Source of the DNA: Wolbachia endosymbiont of Drosophila innubila
GTDB taxonomy: Bacteria; Pseudomonadota; Alphaproteobacteria; Rickettsiales; Anaplasmataceae
DNA: 32,000 nt
Assembly: GCF_021378375.1 (NCBI RefSeq)
Contig: NZ_CP076228.1
Span: 1,050,001 to 1,082,000 of the forward strand
Reading direction: 5' to 3'
Under the pieces are notes generated by a model. That model worked only from the letters and a program-made list of their open reading frames with translations. It was not told the origin of the DNA and searched no databases. Below are positions 18,678 through 26,566 of the stretch, piece after piece. The translations under genes and the position numbers were made by a program. How positions within the stretch are numbered: position 1 is the first letter of the stretch; every line of letters begins with the position of its first letter.

Positions 18678-19931
18678 TTAAATTATCGCTCTCTCTTTGA
18701 TAACATGGCGAAAATGTCTTATTAATCCTTGAATCGGCCAAGCTGCAGCATCGCCAAGTGCGCAAATTGTATGTCCTTCTATTTGAGTTGTAAGGTCAAG
18801 CAGCTTATCTATTTCATCAGGCTTAATATCTCCTGCCACCATCCTCTTCATAATCCTCCACATCCATCCAGTACCTTCACGGCATGGTGTGCATTGTCCA
18901 CAGGACTCATGCATATAAAAGTGTGATAACCTCTCTATTGCAGCTATTATATCAGTTGATTTATTCATCACTATTACAGCAGCAGTACCAAGCCCTGATT
19001 GTGCAGTTCTTAATGAATCAAAATCCATTTCAATAGTATCACATATAGATTTTGGAATTAATGGCACTGAAGACCCACCAGGTATTACAGCAAGTAAATT
19101 ATCCCAACCTCCTCGCACTCCACCTGCGTATTTTTCAATTAATTCACGTAATGGAATTCCGAGCTCTTCTTCAACATTACACGGGTTGTTTACGTGCCCT
19201 GAAATACAAAAGACCTTGGTACCAGTATTATTTGGTTTACCAAGAGATGCAAACCATTCTCCTCCGCGATTCAGAATATCTGGAACCATGGCTATAGTTT
19301 CAACGTTGTTTATTGTGGTTGGGCAGCCAAAAAGTCCAACACCTGCGGGAAATGGAGGCTTCATGCGAGGAAAGCCCTTTTTTCCTTCAATTGATTCGAG
19401 TTGAGCTGTTTCTTCCCCACATATGTAAGCTCCTGCGCCCCTATGGATAAACACATCAAGATCATAACCTGATTTGCAGGCATTTTTTCCAATTAAACCT
19501 TCTTTATAGGCTTCCTCAAGTGCTTTTTTTAGAACTAAATATTCATTATAAAATTCACCCCTGATATAAATATATGCAACTGATGCGCTGATCGCTTTGC
19601 CGGCCAGGAGAATTCCCTCAAGTAACTTATGTGGCTCATATCGCAATATATCTCTATCTTTACATGTACCAGGTTCTGACTCATCTGCATTGACTACTAA
19701 ATATGCTTTTGGGAGATTTTTGGGCATAAAGCTCCACTTAAGGCCGGTGGAAAATCCTGCACCCCCTCGACCTCTCAAACCAGATTTCTTTACTTCATCA
19801 ATGATCTTTTCTGATCCTAAATCCAGTAATTCCTTTGTTTTTTGCCAGCTACCACGTTTTTTTGCACCCTCAAGTAGTGGAGTTCCTTTACCATTTAGGT
19901 TGGTGAATATTTTGTCTTGTTCTTTTAGCAT
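18678..19931 (-). CDS. nuoF: NADH-quinone oxidoreductase subunit F
   Basis: [14 protein letters not shown].., [16 protein letters not shown] (FMN site), [12 protein letters not shown] (4Fe-4S). The start is set at ATG 19929-19931 (418 aa). The track start 19982 would overlap tRNA-Lys. Confidence 0.92.
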   Translation of the reverse strand: MLKEQDKIFTNLNGKGTPLLEGAKKRGSWQKTKELLDLGSEKIIDEVKKSGLRGRGGAGFSTGLKWSFMPKNLPKAYLVVNADESEPGTCKDRDILRYEPHKLLEGILLAGKAISASVAYIYIRGEFYNEYLVLKKALEEAYKEGLIGKNACKSGYDLDVFIHRGAGAYICGEETAQLESIEGKKGFPRMKPPFPAGVGLFGCPTTINNVETIAMVPDILNRGGEWFASLGKPNNTGTKVFCISGHVNNPCNVEEELGIPLRELIEKYAGGVRGGWDNLLAVIPGGSSVPLIPKSICDTIEMDFDSLRTAQSGLGTAAVIVMNKSTDIIAAIERLSHFYMHESCGQCTPCREGTGWMWRIMKRMVAGDIKPDEIDKLLDLTTQIEGHTICALGDAAAWPIQGLIRHFRHVIKERAII

Positions 19932-19950
19932 GTTTTTCAAAATTTGTGAG

Positions 19951-20023
19951 TGATCCCGACGCGATTCGAACGCGTGACCCACTGATTAAAAGTCAGTTGC
20001 TCTACCGGCTGAGCTACGGGATC
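19951..20023 (-). tRNA. tRNA-Lys (anticodon UUU)
   Basis: The minus strand reads GATCCCGTAGCTCAGCCGGTAGAGCAACTGACTTTTAATCAGTGGGTCACGCGTTCGAATCGCGTCGGGATCA. It has a 7-bp acceptor stem, anticodon stem ACTGA/TCAGT with loop CUUUUAA, and T-arm ACGCG-TTCGAAT-CGCGT. CCA is not encoded. Confidence 0.9.
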
Positions 20024-20140
20024 ATTTCATTTTTCAGCTATACTAAACATCAATACAGTTTTTATCCGTTTTAATCAAACTAAAATTTTCATGTATGGTT
20101 AAATAAATTATATAATATACTGCGTTAGTGATAATTTAGT
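20024..20140 (-). pseudogene. Probable heavily decayed continuation of a second Rpn-family gene (remnant)
   Basis: The minus strand downstream of the intron-2 insertion point reads D*IITNAVYYIIYLTIHENFSLIKTDKNCIDV*. This is loosely alignable to Rpn DILIHFLNDILGFTEINTIQEVEFLS..DKQSIVDVL (TIHENFS ~ TIQEVEFLS; DKNCIDV ~ DKQSIVDV). The remnant ends at tRNA-Lys. Confidence 0.35.
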
Positions 20141-22057
20141 GTGCGCCAAGAAGTGCGTAAGGAACAGTTGGTGAAAATCCAACACGGGTAAAGCTTAGCC
20201 GGCAACCTGGAACAAACCATTATGCTGCGTAAGGTAACGAGCGTAGTAAAGCTAATGGAATGGACAACATAGGGTGCAACGAAAGTGAAGGTATTGAGTC
20301 CCGTAATTCACGCGTCATGGGGGCTGACACTTTACATTTGGTGGAAGGCAACATGGGTAATAACGCTAAGGCAAGATATTACTCACCTCATCGGGATCGA
20401 AGGCCGCGTCATGTGTTGAGATGGACCTTACGTGAACTTGGGAGATCCTTTGTATTCCTGTAAGGGTACTCTGGAACAAGTCAATAAAGGCGAGGACTGG
20501 AGGAAGATGCAAAGGAAGTCGGACTAATTGATAGTACTCGGAGTGTGGGAAAGCCACATACAAGGGGAAGCGGTTAGCAATATAGTGACTGGTATAGGGA
20601 TTGCTATACCAATACAACAGAGATTAGAGGAGTATGCAAGGAAAACTAAACCAGATAGCAGTAAGGGCTAAGCAAGATAAGCGAGTAAAATTTACATCAT
20701 TAGTTCATTTGATTAATGAAGAGAATCTTGCAGAGTGTTATAAGGAACTAAACGCAACAAGGCTTGTAGTATAGATCGTGTGACAGTGGAAGCTTATGGA
20801 GAAAATCTAGAAGAGAAACTTAAAACACTAGTGGATAGTATGAAGAGAAAACAATATCAACCGCTACCAGTGAAAAGGGTATACATACCCAAAGCCGGGA
20901 GCAAAGAGAAGCGCGGTCTCGGAATACCATCAACGGAAGATAAGTTGGTACAGGTAATGCTAAAGAAGATATTAGAAAATATTTATGAAGCAAACTTTAT
21001 GGACAGCTCGTATGGATTTCGACCAGGAAGAAATTGTCATCAGGCGATAAACGCTCTAGATAAAGCAGTTATGCACAAACCAATTAACTATATTGTAGAA
21101 GTGGATATCAAGAAGTTCTTTGATAATGTTCAACATAAATGGCTAATGAATTGTCTAAGGGAACGAATAGCTGACCCAAATTTATTGTGGTTAATAAAAC
21201 GATTTCTAAAGGCAGGAATAGTCGAAGTTGGATGTTATAAAGCAACCGATCAAGGCACACCACAAGGTGGTATAGTAAGCCCTGTATTAGCTAATATATA
21301 CTTACACTATGTGCTGGACTTATGGTTTGAAAAGAAATTTAAGCCAAAAGCCAGAGGATATTTACAGCTAATAAGGTTTTGCGACGATTTTGTAGTTGGC
21401 TGCGAGAGGGAAGAAGACGCAAAAGAATTTCTAGAATTACTGAAACAAAGACTAAGTAAATTTGGGTTGGAAATAGCTGAAAATAAAACAAAAATAGTAA
21501 AGTTTGGTAAGAAAGAATGGTATCAAGCAGAAAGAGAGAAACGTAGGACGGCTAGCTTCAACTTTCTAGGATTTACACATTATTGTGGAAAAAGTCGTAA
21601 TGGTAAACTTATGATGAAGCAGAAAACTTCAAAAATAAGCCTAGCCAGAAAGATTAAAGAAATCAAAGAATGGTTGAAGATGGTACGAAGTCGTATCTGT
21701 TTCAAAGATTGGTGGCAGAAACTTAAAGCCAAACTAACAGGACACTATAGCTACTTCGGAGTTAGCGGAAATTATCGGTGTTTGATTCAATTCTATCGAC
21801 CGGTAACAAAGTTAGCATTTAAGTGGATAAACCGACGTAGTCAAAAGAAAAGTATGGATTGGGAACAATTTATACACTATTTAAAAAGTAAATCCATTAC
21901 CAAAACCAAAGGTATATGTTTCTTTATACACAGGAGCACTAGTGTGAACGCTGTATTGTGGAGCCGTGTGCGGGAAATCCGCAAGCACGGTTCTTTTGGG
22001 GAGACTATGGTTATGAGACCAAATCGCTGGTTTCAAGGTCATGAGTCTCTACCAGAC
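20141..22057 (+). mobile_element. Group II intron no. 2 (1917 nt), a different lineage from intron 1, with an En-less type IEP
   Basis: 5' GTGCGCC at 20141. Canonical 34-nt domain V at 21961-21994 (GAGCCGUGUGCGGGAAAUCCGCAAGCACGGUUCU). A long domain VI hairpin (GGAGACUAUGGUUAUGAGACC..GGUUUCAAGGUCAUGAGUCUCU) has a bulged A 7 nt before the 3' end ..ACCAGAC at 22057. The 3' flank is the antisense of an Rpn N-terminus. Confidence 0.8.
20634..21947 (+). pseudogene. Group II intron reverse transcriptase/maturase (IEP), two compensating homopolymer frameshifts
   Basis: ATG 20634 gives MQGKLNQIAVRAKQDKRVKFTSLVHLINEENLAECYKEL, then stop. The frame continues as KRNKACSIDRVTVEAYG.. if one A is added to the run 20750-20752. 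The main frame carries RT motifs (RGLGIPSTEDKLVQ, YGFRPGRNCHQA, GTPQGGIVSPVLANIYL, FCDDFVVG) and X domain (LTGHYSYFGV). The C-terminus VNPLPKPKVYVSLYTGALV* (stop 21945-21947, 13 nt before domain V) is in the original frame after the A5 run 21883-21887. Confidence 0.8.
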
Positions 22058-22133
22058 CTTTATTCTTCTCAGTACCAAAGATACGCTTGAACGCGTAATT
22101 GTTTTTTGGATCTAAAAACTTTGATAAAACCAT
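22058..22133 (-). pseudogene. Second Rpn-family gene, N-terminal 25 codons, cut by intron 2 in antisense orientation
   Basis: The minus strand reads ATG GTT TTA TCA AAG TTT TTA GAT CCA AAA AAC AAT TAC GCG TTC AAG CGT ATC TTT GGT ACT GAG AAG AAT AAA G, that is MVLSKFLDPKNNYAFKRIFGTEKNK. The upstream 35-40 nt (..cttaaaaaccattaatattatacactatt) is homologous to the sequence upstream of the first Rpn gene (4621-4660). Confidence 0.75.
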
Positions 22134-22184
22134 AAGAAATCCACTTAAAAACCATTAATATTATACACTATTTTCCGCGATCTT

Positions 22185-23072
22185 TCAACTTAATATTCTC
22201 CCTGTATTTACTTGATATGGCACTGTAACCTTTCCGGTTGATCCACTACGGTTTTTTGCAACATTTATCTCTAAGTCGTTATTAGAATCAGCCTTGTAAT
22301 AATTTTCTCTGTAGAGTAATAACACTAGATCAGCATCTTGTTCAATACTTCCTGATTCGCGTAGGTCTGCTAATTGTGGTCTTTTATTTTGTCTGTCTTC
22401 TACCTTACGGCTTATTTGTGATAATGCTACAATAGGAATATTAAAGTCTTTTGCTATATTTTTTAAAGTTCTACTGATTTCTGTTACTTCAAGAGTTCTA
22501 TTTTCGGTTACTTTCGATCCTCTGAGTAACTGTAAGTAATCAATGTATATGCATTTCATTTTATATTTTCTGCAAATTAATGAGATTTTTTTCTTTAGGA
22601 TATTTAAATCCATATTTCCTGAATTATCGACAAGAATATTTAAAAAAACTATTTGATTTATCCCTTTATGTAAAAGTTCTGTGTTTTGTTTCTTGATAAT
22701 ATTGTTTATTGTCTCATTGACTTCAATACTGATCATTCTATTGATTAACTGATTTGCTGACATTTCAAGTGAGAAAAAGCAGACATATTCTTGATTTTTC
22801 AGTAATTTTGCAGCTTGCAGAGCCATGTGTAGTGCTATTGAGGTCTTGCCAATTGAAGTACGAGCTGCAAGCACTGTTAATTCTCCTTCTTTTAAGCCAC
22901 CAGTTATAGTATCAAGTCTAGGTATTCCTGTTGTTATTCCTTCTATTTCATTGTTGTTTGCAAGTAGTTTATTAATGTAGCTTTTATAAGCTTCAAAATA
23001 ATCAATAATTGGCTTGATGTCTTCATCAACATGTGGCATTTGGTCGATCCTGACCACTCCTTCCTGATCCAT
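22185..23072 (-). CDS. DnaB-like helicase, C-terminal RecA-like domain only
   Basis: 295 aa. GIPRLDTITGGLKEGELTVLAARTSIGKTSIAL (Walker A), IYIDYLQLL (Walker B region), LSQISRKVEDRQNKRPQLADLRESGSIEQDADLVLLLYRENYY (DnaB motifs H3/H4). It lacks the DnaB N-terminal primase-interaction domain. Confidence 0.85.
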   Translation of the reverse strand: MDQEGVVRIDQMPHVDEDIKPIIDYFEAYKSYINKLLANNNEIEGITTGIPRLDTITGGLKEGELTVLAARTSIGKTSIALHMALQAAKLLKNQEYVCFFSLEMSANQLINRMISIEVNETINNIIKKQNTELLHKGINQIVFLNILVDNSGNMDLNILKKKISLICRKYKMKCIYIDYLQLLRGSKVTENRTLEVTEISRTLKNIAKDFNIPIVALSQISRKVEDRQNKRPQLADLRESGSIEQDADLVLLLYRENYYKADSNNDLEINVAKNRSGSTGKVTVPYQVNTGRILS

Positions 23073-23255
23073 TCTCTACCTTAAACCGGAGGCTCCTCAA
23101 ACTCTAAATCTTGTTTTCGTCGCCTCTCCCCTAATTATATATTATATATATAATAATATATAATATATAATTTATAGGGGGGTAACCAAAAAAATGAACT
23201 TTCTTTGAGCTGAGCGAAGCCACCTAAGGTAGAGAATGGATCAGGAAGGAGTGGT
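23053..23255. repeat. 203-bp palindromic region: perfect 31-bp inverted repeat arms around a 141-bp spacer with a 45-bp pure A/T core
   Basis: 23053-23083 (accactccttcctgatccattctctacctta) is the exact reverse complement of 23225-23255. The left arm contains the helicase RBS-like aaggtagaga, the ATG and the first 6 codons. The core 23132-23176 is 100 percent A/T, bracketed by CCCC (23128-31) and GGGGGG (23177-82). The spacer halves are weakly self-complementary. Confidence 0.9.
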
Positions 23256-23335
23256 GTATAAAATTATATATATAAAATCTTTAAGATTTTCTGTATAATT
23301 TACTCATGTAACTTGATAAAAAAGGAAGATAGAAT

Positions 23336-23635
23336 CTACTGAAGAGTATATGTATCGATTATCTTCAAAGCCTCTTCATAAATGGTGTCTCTATGCCCTA
23401 CTGCAACAATAGTTACTGCATGCTTTACAGTATTTACGCTATATATGATGCGATAATCACTAACTCTTAGCCTTCTGTGCCCTTTAAAGCTGTGGTGTAA
23501 TGGTTTACCAAGGTTCAATGGATCGACTGTAAGCCGATCATGTATTGCGTCTACAACTCTTGACCTTATCGTTTTTGGAAGGTCCGGAAGATTTTTCTTA
23601 AGAACGTTCCTTAAGAAGATAATAGTGTATTCCAA
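23336..23635 (-). CDS. Type II toxin, RelE/ParE (RelE/StbE-like) family
   Basis: 99 aa. MEYTIIFLRNVLKKNLPDLPKTIRSRVVDAIHDRLTVDPLNLGKPLHHSFKGHRRLRVSDYRIIYSVNTVKHAVTIVAVGHRDTIYE matches the RelE/StbE pattern (..L..L....GKPL...L.G..RLRVGDYRIIY.I......V.I..VGHR..IY). It overlaps the upstream antitoxin gene by 25 nt. Confidence 0.85.
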   Translation of the reverse strand: MEYTIIFLRNVLKKNLPDLPKTIRSRVVDAIHDRLTVDPLNLGKPLHHSFKGHRRLRVSDYRIIYSVNTVKHAVTIVAVGHRDTIYEEALKIIDTYTLQ

Positions 23636-23847
23636 TCTACATCCTCACTTCTAACCGTCTCTGCACCTTCAACGTCATACTCGTTAGCAACCACAGATAG
23701 TAAAAAGTCTTCCATTTCACGATCTATTGCTTCTTTAAATAGCCTTTCTGCTAATTCTTGAGTTGGCTGCTTAGTGAGCTCAACTAGCTTAGCAAAGTGC
23801 TGCAAAGTTTCTTTACTGAGAGCTATGTTAGTGCTTAAGTTTGCCAT
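23611..23847 (-). CDS. Antitoxin, ribbon-helix-helix type (RelB/ParD-like)
   Basis: MANLSTNIALSKETLQHFAKLVELTKQPTQELAERLFKEAIDRE.. fits a beta-strand/helix/helix RHH layout with an acidic C-terminal tail. It lies directly upstream of and overlapping the RelE-like toxin. The start at ATG 23845-23847 is preferred because the longer track start would include the predicted -10 box. Confidence 0.7.
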   Translation of the reverse strand: MANLSTNIALSKETLQHFAKLVELTKQPTQELAERLFKEAIDREMEDFLLSVVANEYDVEGAETVRSEDVDWNTLLSS

Positions 23848-23877
23848 ATGCTTTACCAAAGTTCTACTACTGTAACA

Positions 23878-23906
23878 ATTATACAACATTTTTCTGAACT
23901 TTTCAA
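23878..23906 (-). promoter_or_regulatory. Candidate sigma70-type promoter of the antitoxin-toxin operon
   Basis: The minus strand reads TTGAAA (23906-23901), a 17-nt spacer, then TATAAT (23883-23878), about 30 nt upstream of the antitoxin ATG. Both hexamers are consensus or near-consensus. In AT-rich DNA such matches also arise by chance. Confidence 0.45.
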
Positions 23907-24011
23907 TAAAGAAAGTTGATGATATGTAAAGAGAATTTTGTGCACCTGTGTTAATAAATTATTAATAATTTGGCATATACTGGAACTGGCTTTTGCTGAT
24001 GTTAGGGAGAA

Positions 24012-26534
24012 ATGACACAAAAGTTAATACTAAGTATAGTATTGCAAGATATTATCAAGAATAAGGAAGGTATGCCAGCTAGTGGGTACTGGATGTATTT
24101 TTATGATAAAAGAAGTCCAACTACTCTTCGTAATGCCTACTACAAGAACCAGGAGGGAAATGTCGTACCGGCACCAAACCCTTTGCAGCTTGATGAAAAC
24201 GGTGCTTTACCTCATAAGTTGTACTACTTTGTCGACGTTGATGATCCTGAAGATCGTTATACCGTAGAACTGAAGTGCAATTACGGTAATGCTGCAGCTC
24301 CTGAACTCATCTTTCATGATCTACCGTACTTTCAAGAACAATCCAAAGCAGATCCAGCTACATCTATATTATCTGATAACTTATTTATTGATGGTCAATT
24401 TAATATTGGTCTACAAATTAATGATAGAGGGCAGGGATCTGGTTATGTTTCACCTGAATTTTCGCAGGTGCCAATTGCTGGACTATCATGGCAGTTTTTA
24501 AGATCTTATGCTGATTCAGTACCGATACAGGATAGAACTGATGTAGACAGGATTTTCATTAAAGACATTACCGAAGCTGAAAGGATCGATGAAGGCAATC
24601 CTCGTTTTTATTTGAACGTTATTTGCGAAAAACCTAGCGAGACAACGCCACCTCTGCAGAAAGCTGTAACATTTAGGAGCTCTAATGTGTTATGGGGTAC
24701 TGATGCCAGAGCTTGGCTGAAGTTCTATGCTTGGAGAGGTGGTGATGATATAATAGTTAATTTACTGGCAATTCGTGATTTTGGTTCAAAATCATCAACA
24801 CCGCCACAAGTTATGTCAATTGATCAATTTTTAATTGATTCTGATACTCCGAAGGTTTATTACACTAGTTTAAGTTTGCTTGGCTTTGTAATACCTGCAG
24901 ATATTGGCGATGATCAAAGTTTGACATTGAAGTTTTTGTTACCACCGAATCGAGCATTTAATTTTAAAGCGACAAATTTTTATTGTGCAGAAGCCTCATT
25001 GCCAATACATGCAGTTGATTTTAAATACCCAACACAAAATTCTGATTTAGCAAAATCTAATTTATTATTTTCTTCATTTCGAGCAAATAAATATAGCATT
25101 GATAACAGTTACAATGAGCTAGTTTTTACAATTGATGGTCTTAAGTTTGTAGATAATATTGGTGAAATAGTTTCCTACCCAAAAGGAGCAAAAGTCGACG
25201 AGGAAAAGATAAATCTGCTCAAGTGCGATGGTCGCACACTTGATTCAACAGGTATTAGTCCGCTCGGCATTGAATACAAAAGGCTATATAACAAGCTAGA
25301 TCATGCTCCAATTACATTTGATATGCTTAAAACCAAAGACATACCAAATTGGTTTAATGCAATATCAAGTGAGTATATTAAGAAGTTTATTGCGGATAAT
25401 AATGTTAAAGTTAAATTCGAGGGAGATGGAGTAGTAAATCCGAAGCCCGAAGGTGATGATATAGGTCATCTATGGCTAGAAACTACATTCTATGCTAATT
25501 CAGATGTTAACTATGATTTTCAATATGTTGCAGCAGCAAATAGCATAGACCTTACTACTTGTTGTCATACGTTTGACATTACCACTAATTACTTAAGTAG
25601 TGGCATTCTAATGACTAATATGAATTTAAGGGAGATAAAATTTGCGGGTTCTGGTTCTGATTTTCCAGGTTATTTTCAAACTATAACTAAATTAAATTCA
25701 ATTTATAATTATACAAATAATGTTGTGCCATACAATAAAGGTATTGATAAAATAACTGAGCAAACTAAAATAAATTACTCTGTTAAAAAGAATTTTTTTT
25801 ATTTGACAGTAAGTCTTAATTATCAACAATTTCCGTATCCTTCCGGTTTATGTGGATTTTTTAATCCAGTTAATTTTAGTAGTAGAGTTTATGATATTGG
25901 TTTTCCTTTAAATATACCATCGGTTAGCGCTACTTTTTTGCAACACAATAATAATACTACTAGTACTTCACAAAGTTACTTTTTGTTTTCACCATGGTTT
26001 GTGTATTCAATGGCTTCAGTACATGGTACAAGTATTAGTTCTAGTGGTGGAGATTACCCTAGTTTCATTCATGGTGATTCTAGTGATTTATTAATGAAGT
26101 CATGGGGTGATTACGTTATTTACAAACAATCAGCAACGGACAAGAGAACACCAGGAAAACCGAATGTTCTGTTTGCTGGTAAAAATTCAGTGATAACCTA
26201 TGCTATACAGCATAAAGCTTTGTTTACGCAAAGATGCTTGTATGTCTTGAAATTTAAAGAAGTGAAAGCAGGAGACTTTATAGGTCTTAAAACATCTCAT
26301 AACACCCAAACTGGTAACAATTTTAACACAGTAATATGGTGGAGTGTTGATGGTGATGGAAAAGCACCAACTAATGTTACCGCCAAAGAATTTAGAGAAG
26401 TCAAAGCAACAAAAGATACGACACCAGAGCAACTCGCAGACATGATTGCCAATGATATTAACAATAAGGGAACAACTATATTCCACATTCCTAATATCAC
26501 TGACGATAAGTGTGACTACTACATAAGGTGCTAA
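24012..26534 (+). CDS. Large (840 aa) hypothetical protein; N-terminus reminiscent of phage tail-fibre/tailspike proteins
   Basis: Long uninterrupted ORF with a strong SD (tAGGGAGaaATG). It is rich in N/S/Y/F/T, suggesting beta-rich structure, and has no TM segment or catalytic motif that I recognise. The N-terminal pattern DIIKNKEGMPASGYWMYFYDKRSPTTLRNAYYKNQEGNVVPAPNPLQLDENGALP resembles the D..G.PL.GG.IY.Y..GT.TP...Y.D......NP..LD..G motif seen at tail-fibre N-termini. That resemblance is pattern memory, not a search result. Confidence 0.8.
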   Translation: MTQKLILSIVLQDIIKNKEGMPASGYWMYFYDKRSPTTLRNAYYKNQEGNVVPAPNPLQLDENGALPHKLYYFVDVDDPEDRYTVELKCNYGNAAAPELIFHDLPYFQEQSKADPATSILSDNLFIDGQFNIGLQINDRGQGSGYVSPEFSQVPIAGLSWQFLRSYADSVPIQDRTDVDRIFIKDITEAERIDEGNPRFYLNVICEKPSETTPPLQKAVTFRSSNVLWGTDARAWLKFYAWRGGDDIIVNLLAIRDFGSKSSTPPQVMSIDQFLIDSDTPKVYYTSLSLLGFVIPADIGDDQSLTLKFLLPPNRAFNFKATNFYCAEASLPIHAVDFKYPTQNSDLAKSNLLFSSFRANKYSIDNSYNELVFTIDGLKFVDNIGEIVSYPKGAKVDEEKINLLKCDGRTLDSTGISPLGIEYKRLYNKLDHAPITFDMLKTKDIPNWFNAISSEYIKKFIADNNVKVKFEGDGVVNPKPEGDDIGHLWLETTFYANSDVNYDFQYVAAANSIDLTTCCHTFDITTNYLSSGILMTNMNLREIKFAGSGSDFPGYFQTITKLNSIYNYTNNVVPYNKGIDKITEQTKINYSVKKNFFYLTVSLNYQQFPYPSGLCGFFNPVNFSSRVYDIGFPLNIPSVSATFLQHNNNTTSTSQSYFLFSPWFVYSMASVHGTSISSSGGDYPSFIHGDSSDLLMKSWGDYVIYKQSATDKRTPGKPNVLFAGKNSVITYAIQHKALFTQRCLYVLKFKEVKAGDFIGLKTSHNTQTGNNFNTVIWWSVDGDGKAPTNVTAKEFREVKATKDTTPEQLADMIANDINNKGTTIFHIPNITDDKCDYYIRC

Positions 26535-26566
26535 CATGAAATAAATTTAAAAATAGGAGAAAAAAC

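Noticed and set aside
185-19953. Antisense shadow ORFs inside well-supported genes. Examples: 185..427, 5616..5879, 5908..6099, 7097..7372, 7448..7681, 7854..8303, 9744..9929, 10029..10451, 10684..11271, 13192..13401, 14456..15007, 18180..18389, 18729..19953. Also 26187..26537, 28653..29024 and 29208..29707 further on.
   Set aside because: Each lies wholly within and opposite to a gene with clear family motifs. They have low-complexity, hydrophobic or Ser/Leu/Ile-rich translations typical of the mirror frame of AT-rich coding DNA, and none has a convincing RBS.
19932-19982. N-terminal extension of nuoF in the ORF track ([17 protein letters not shown]..).
   Set aside because: It overlaps tRNA-Lys (19951-20023) on the same strand, and the conserved NuoF N-terminus starts at [12 protein letters not shown] (ATG 19929-19931). 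The similar extensions of plsX (9469-9531) and the antitoxin (23848-23889) were trimmed for analogous reasons.
19951-20023. tRNA-Lys as the attachment site of the accessory cassette.
   Set aside because: The cassette lies on the 5' side of the tRNA rather than downstream of its 3' end. It is separated from the tRNA by the Rpn remnant and intron. I saw no direct repeat of the tRNA 3' half near 26.8-27.7 kb.
21948-22090. C-terminal tail of the 436-aa intron-2 ORF running through domain V/VI and out of the intron.
   Set aside because: The tail translates ribozyme sequence (domain V at 21961-21994). The family-typical C-terminus PLPKPKVYVSLYT..* is found in the neighbouring frame ending at 21947, so the tail is a frameshift artefact.
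20141-26534. Reverse transcriptase plus large variable-looking protein as a diversity-generating retroelement or retron-type defence system.
   Set aside because: Both RTs are embedded in complete group II intron ribozyme contexts (GTGCG 5' end, domains V/VI) with maturase domains. I found no template/variable repeat pair matching the 3' end of the 840-aa gene and no msr/msd-like structure.
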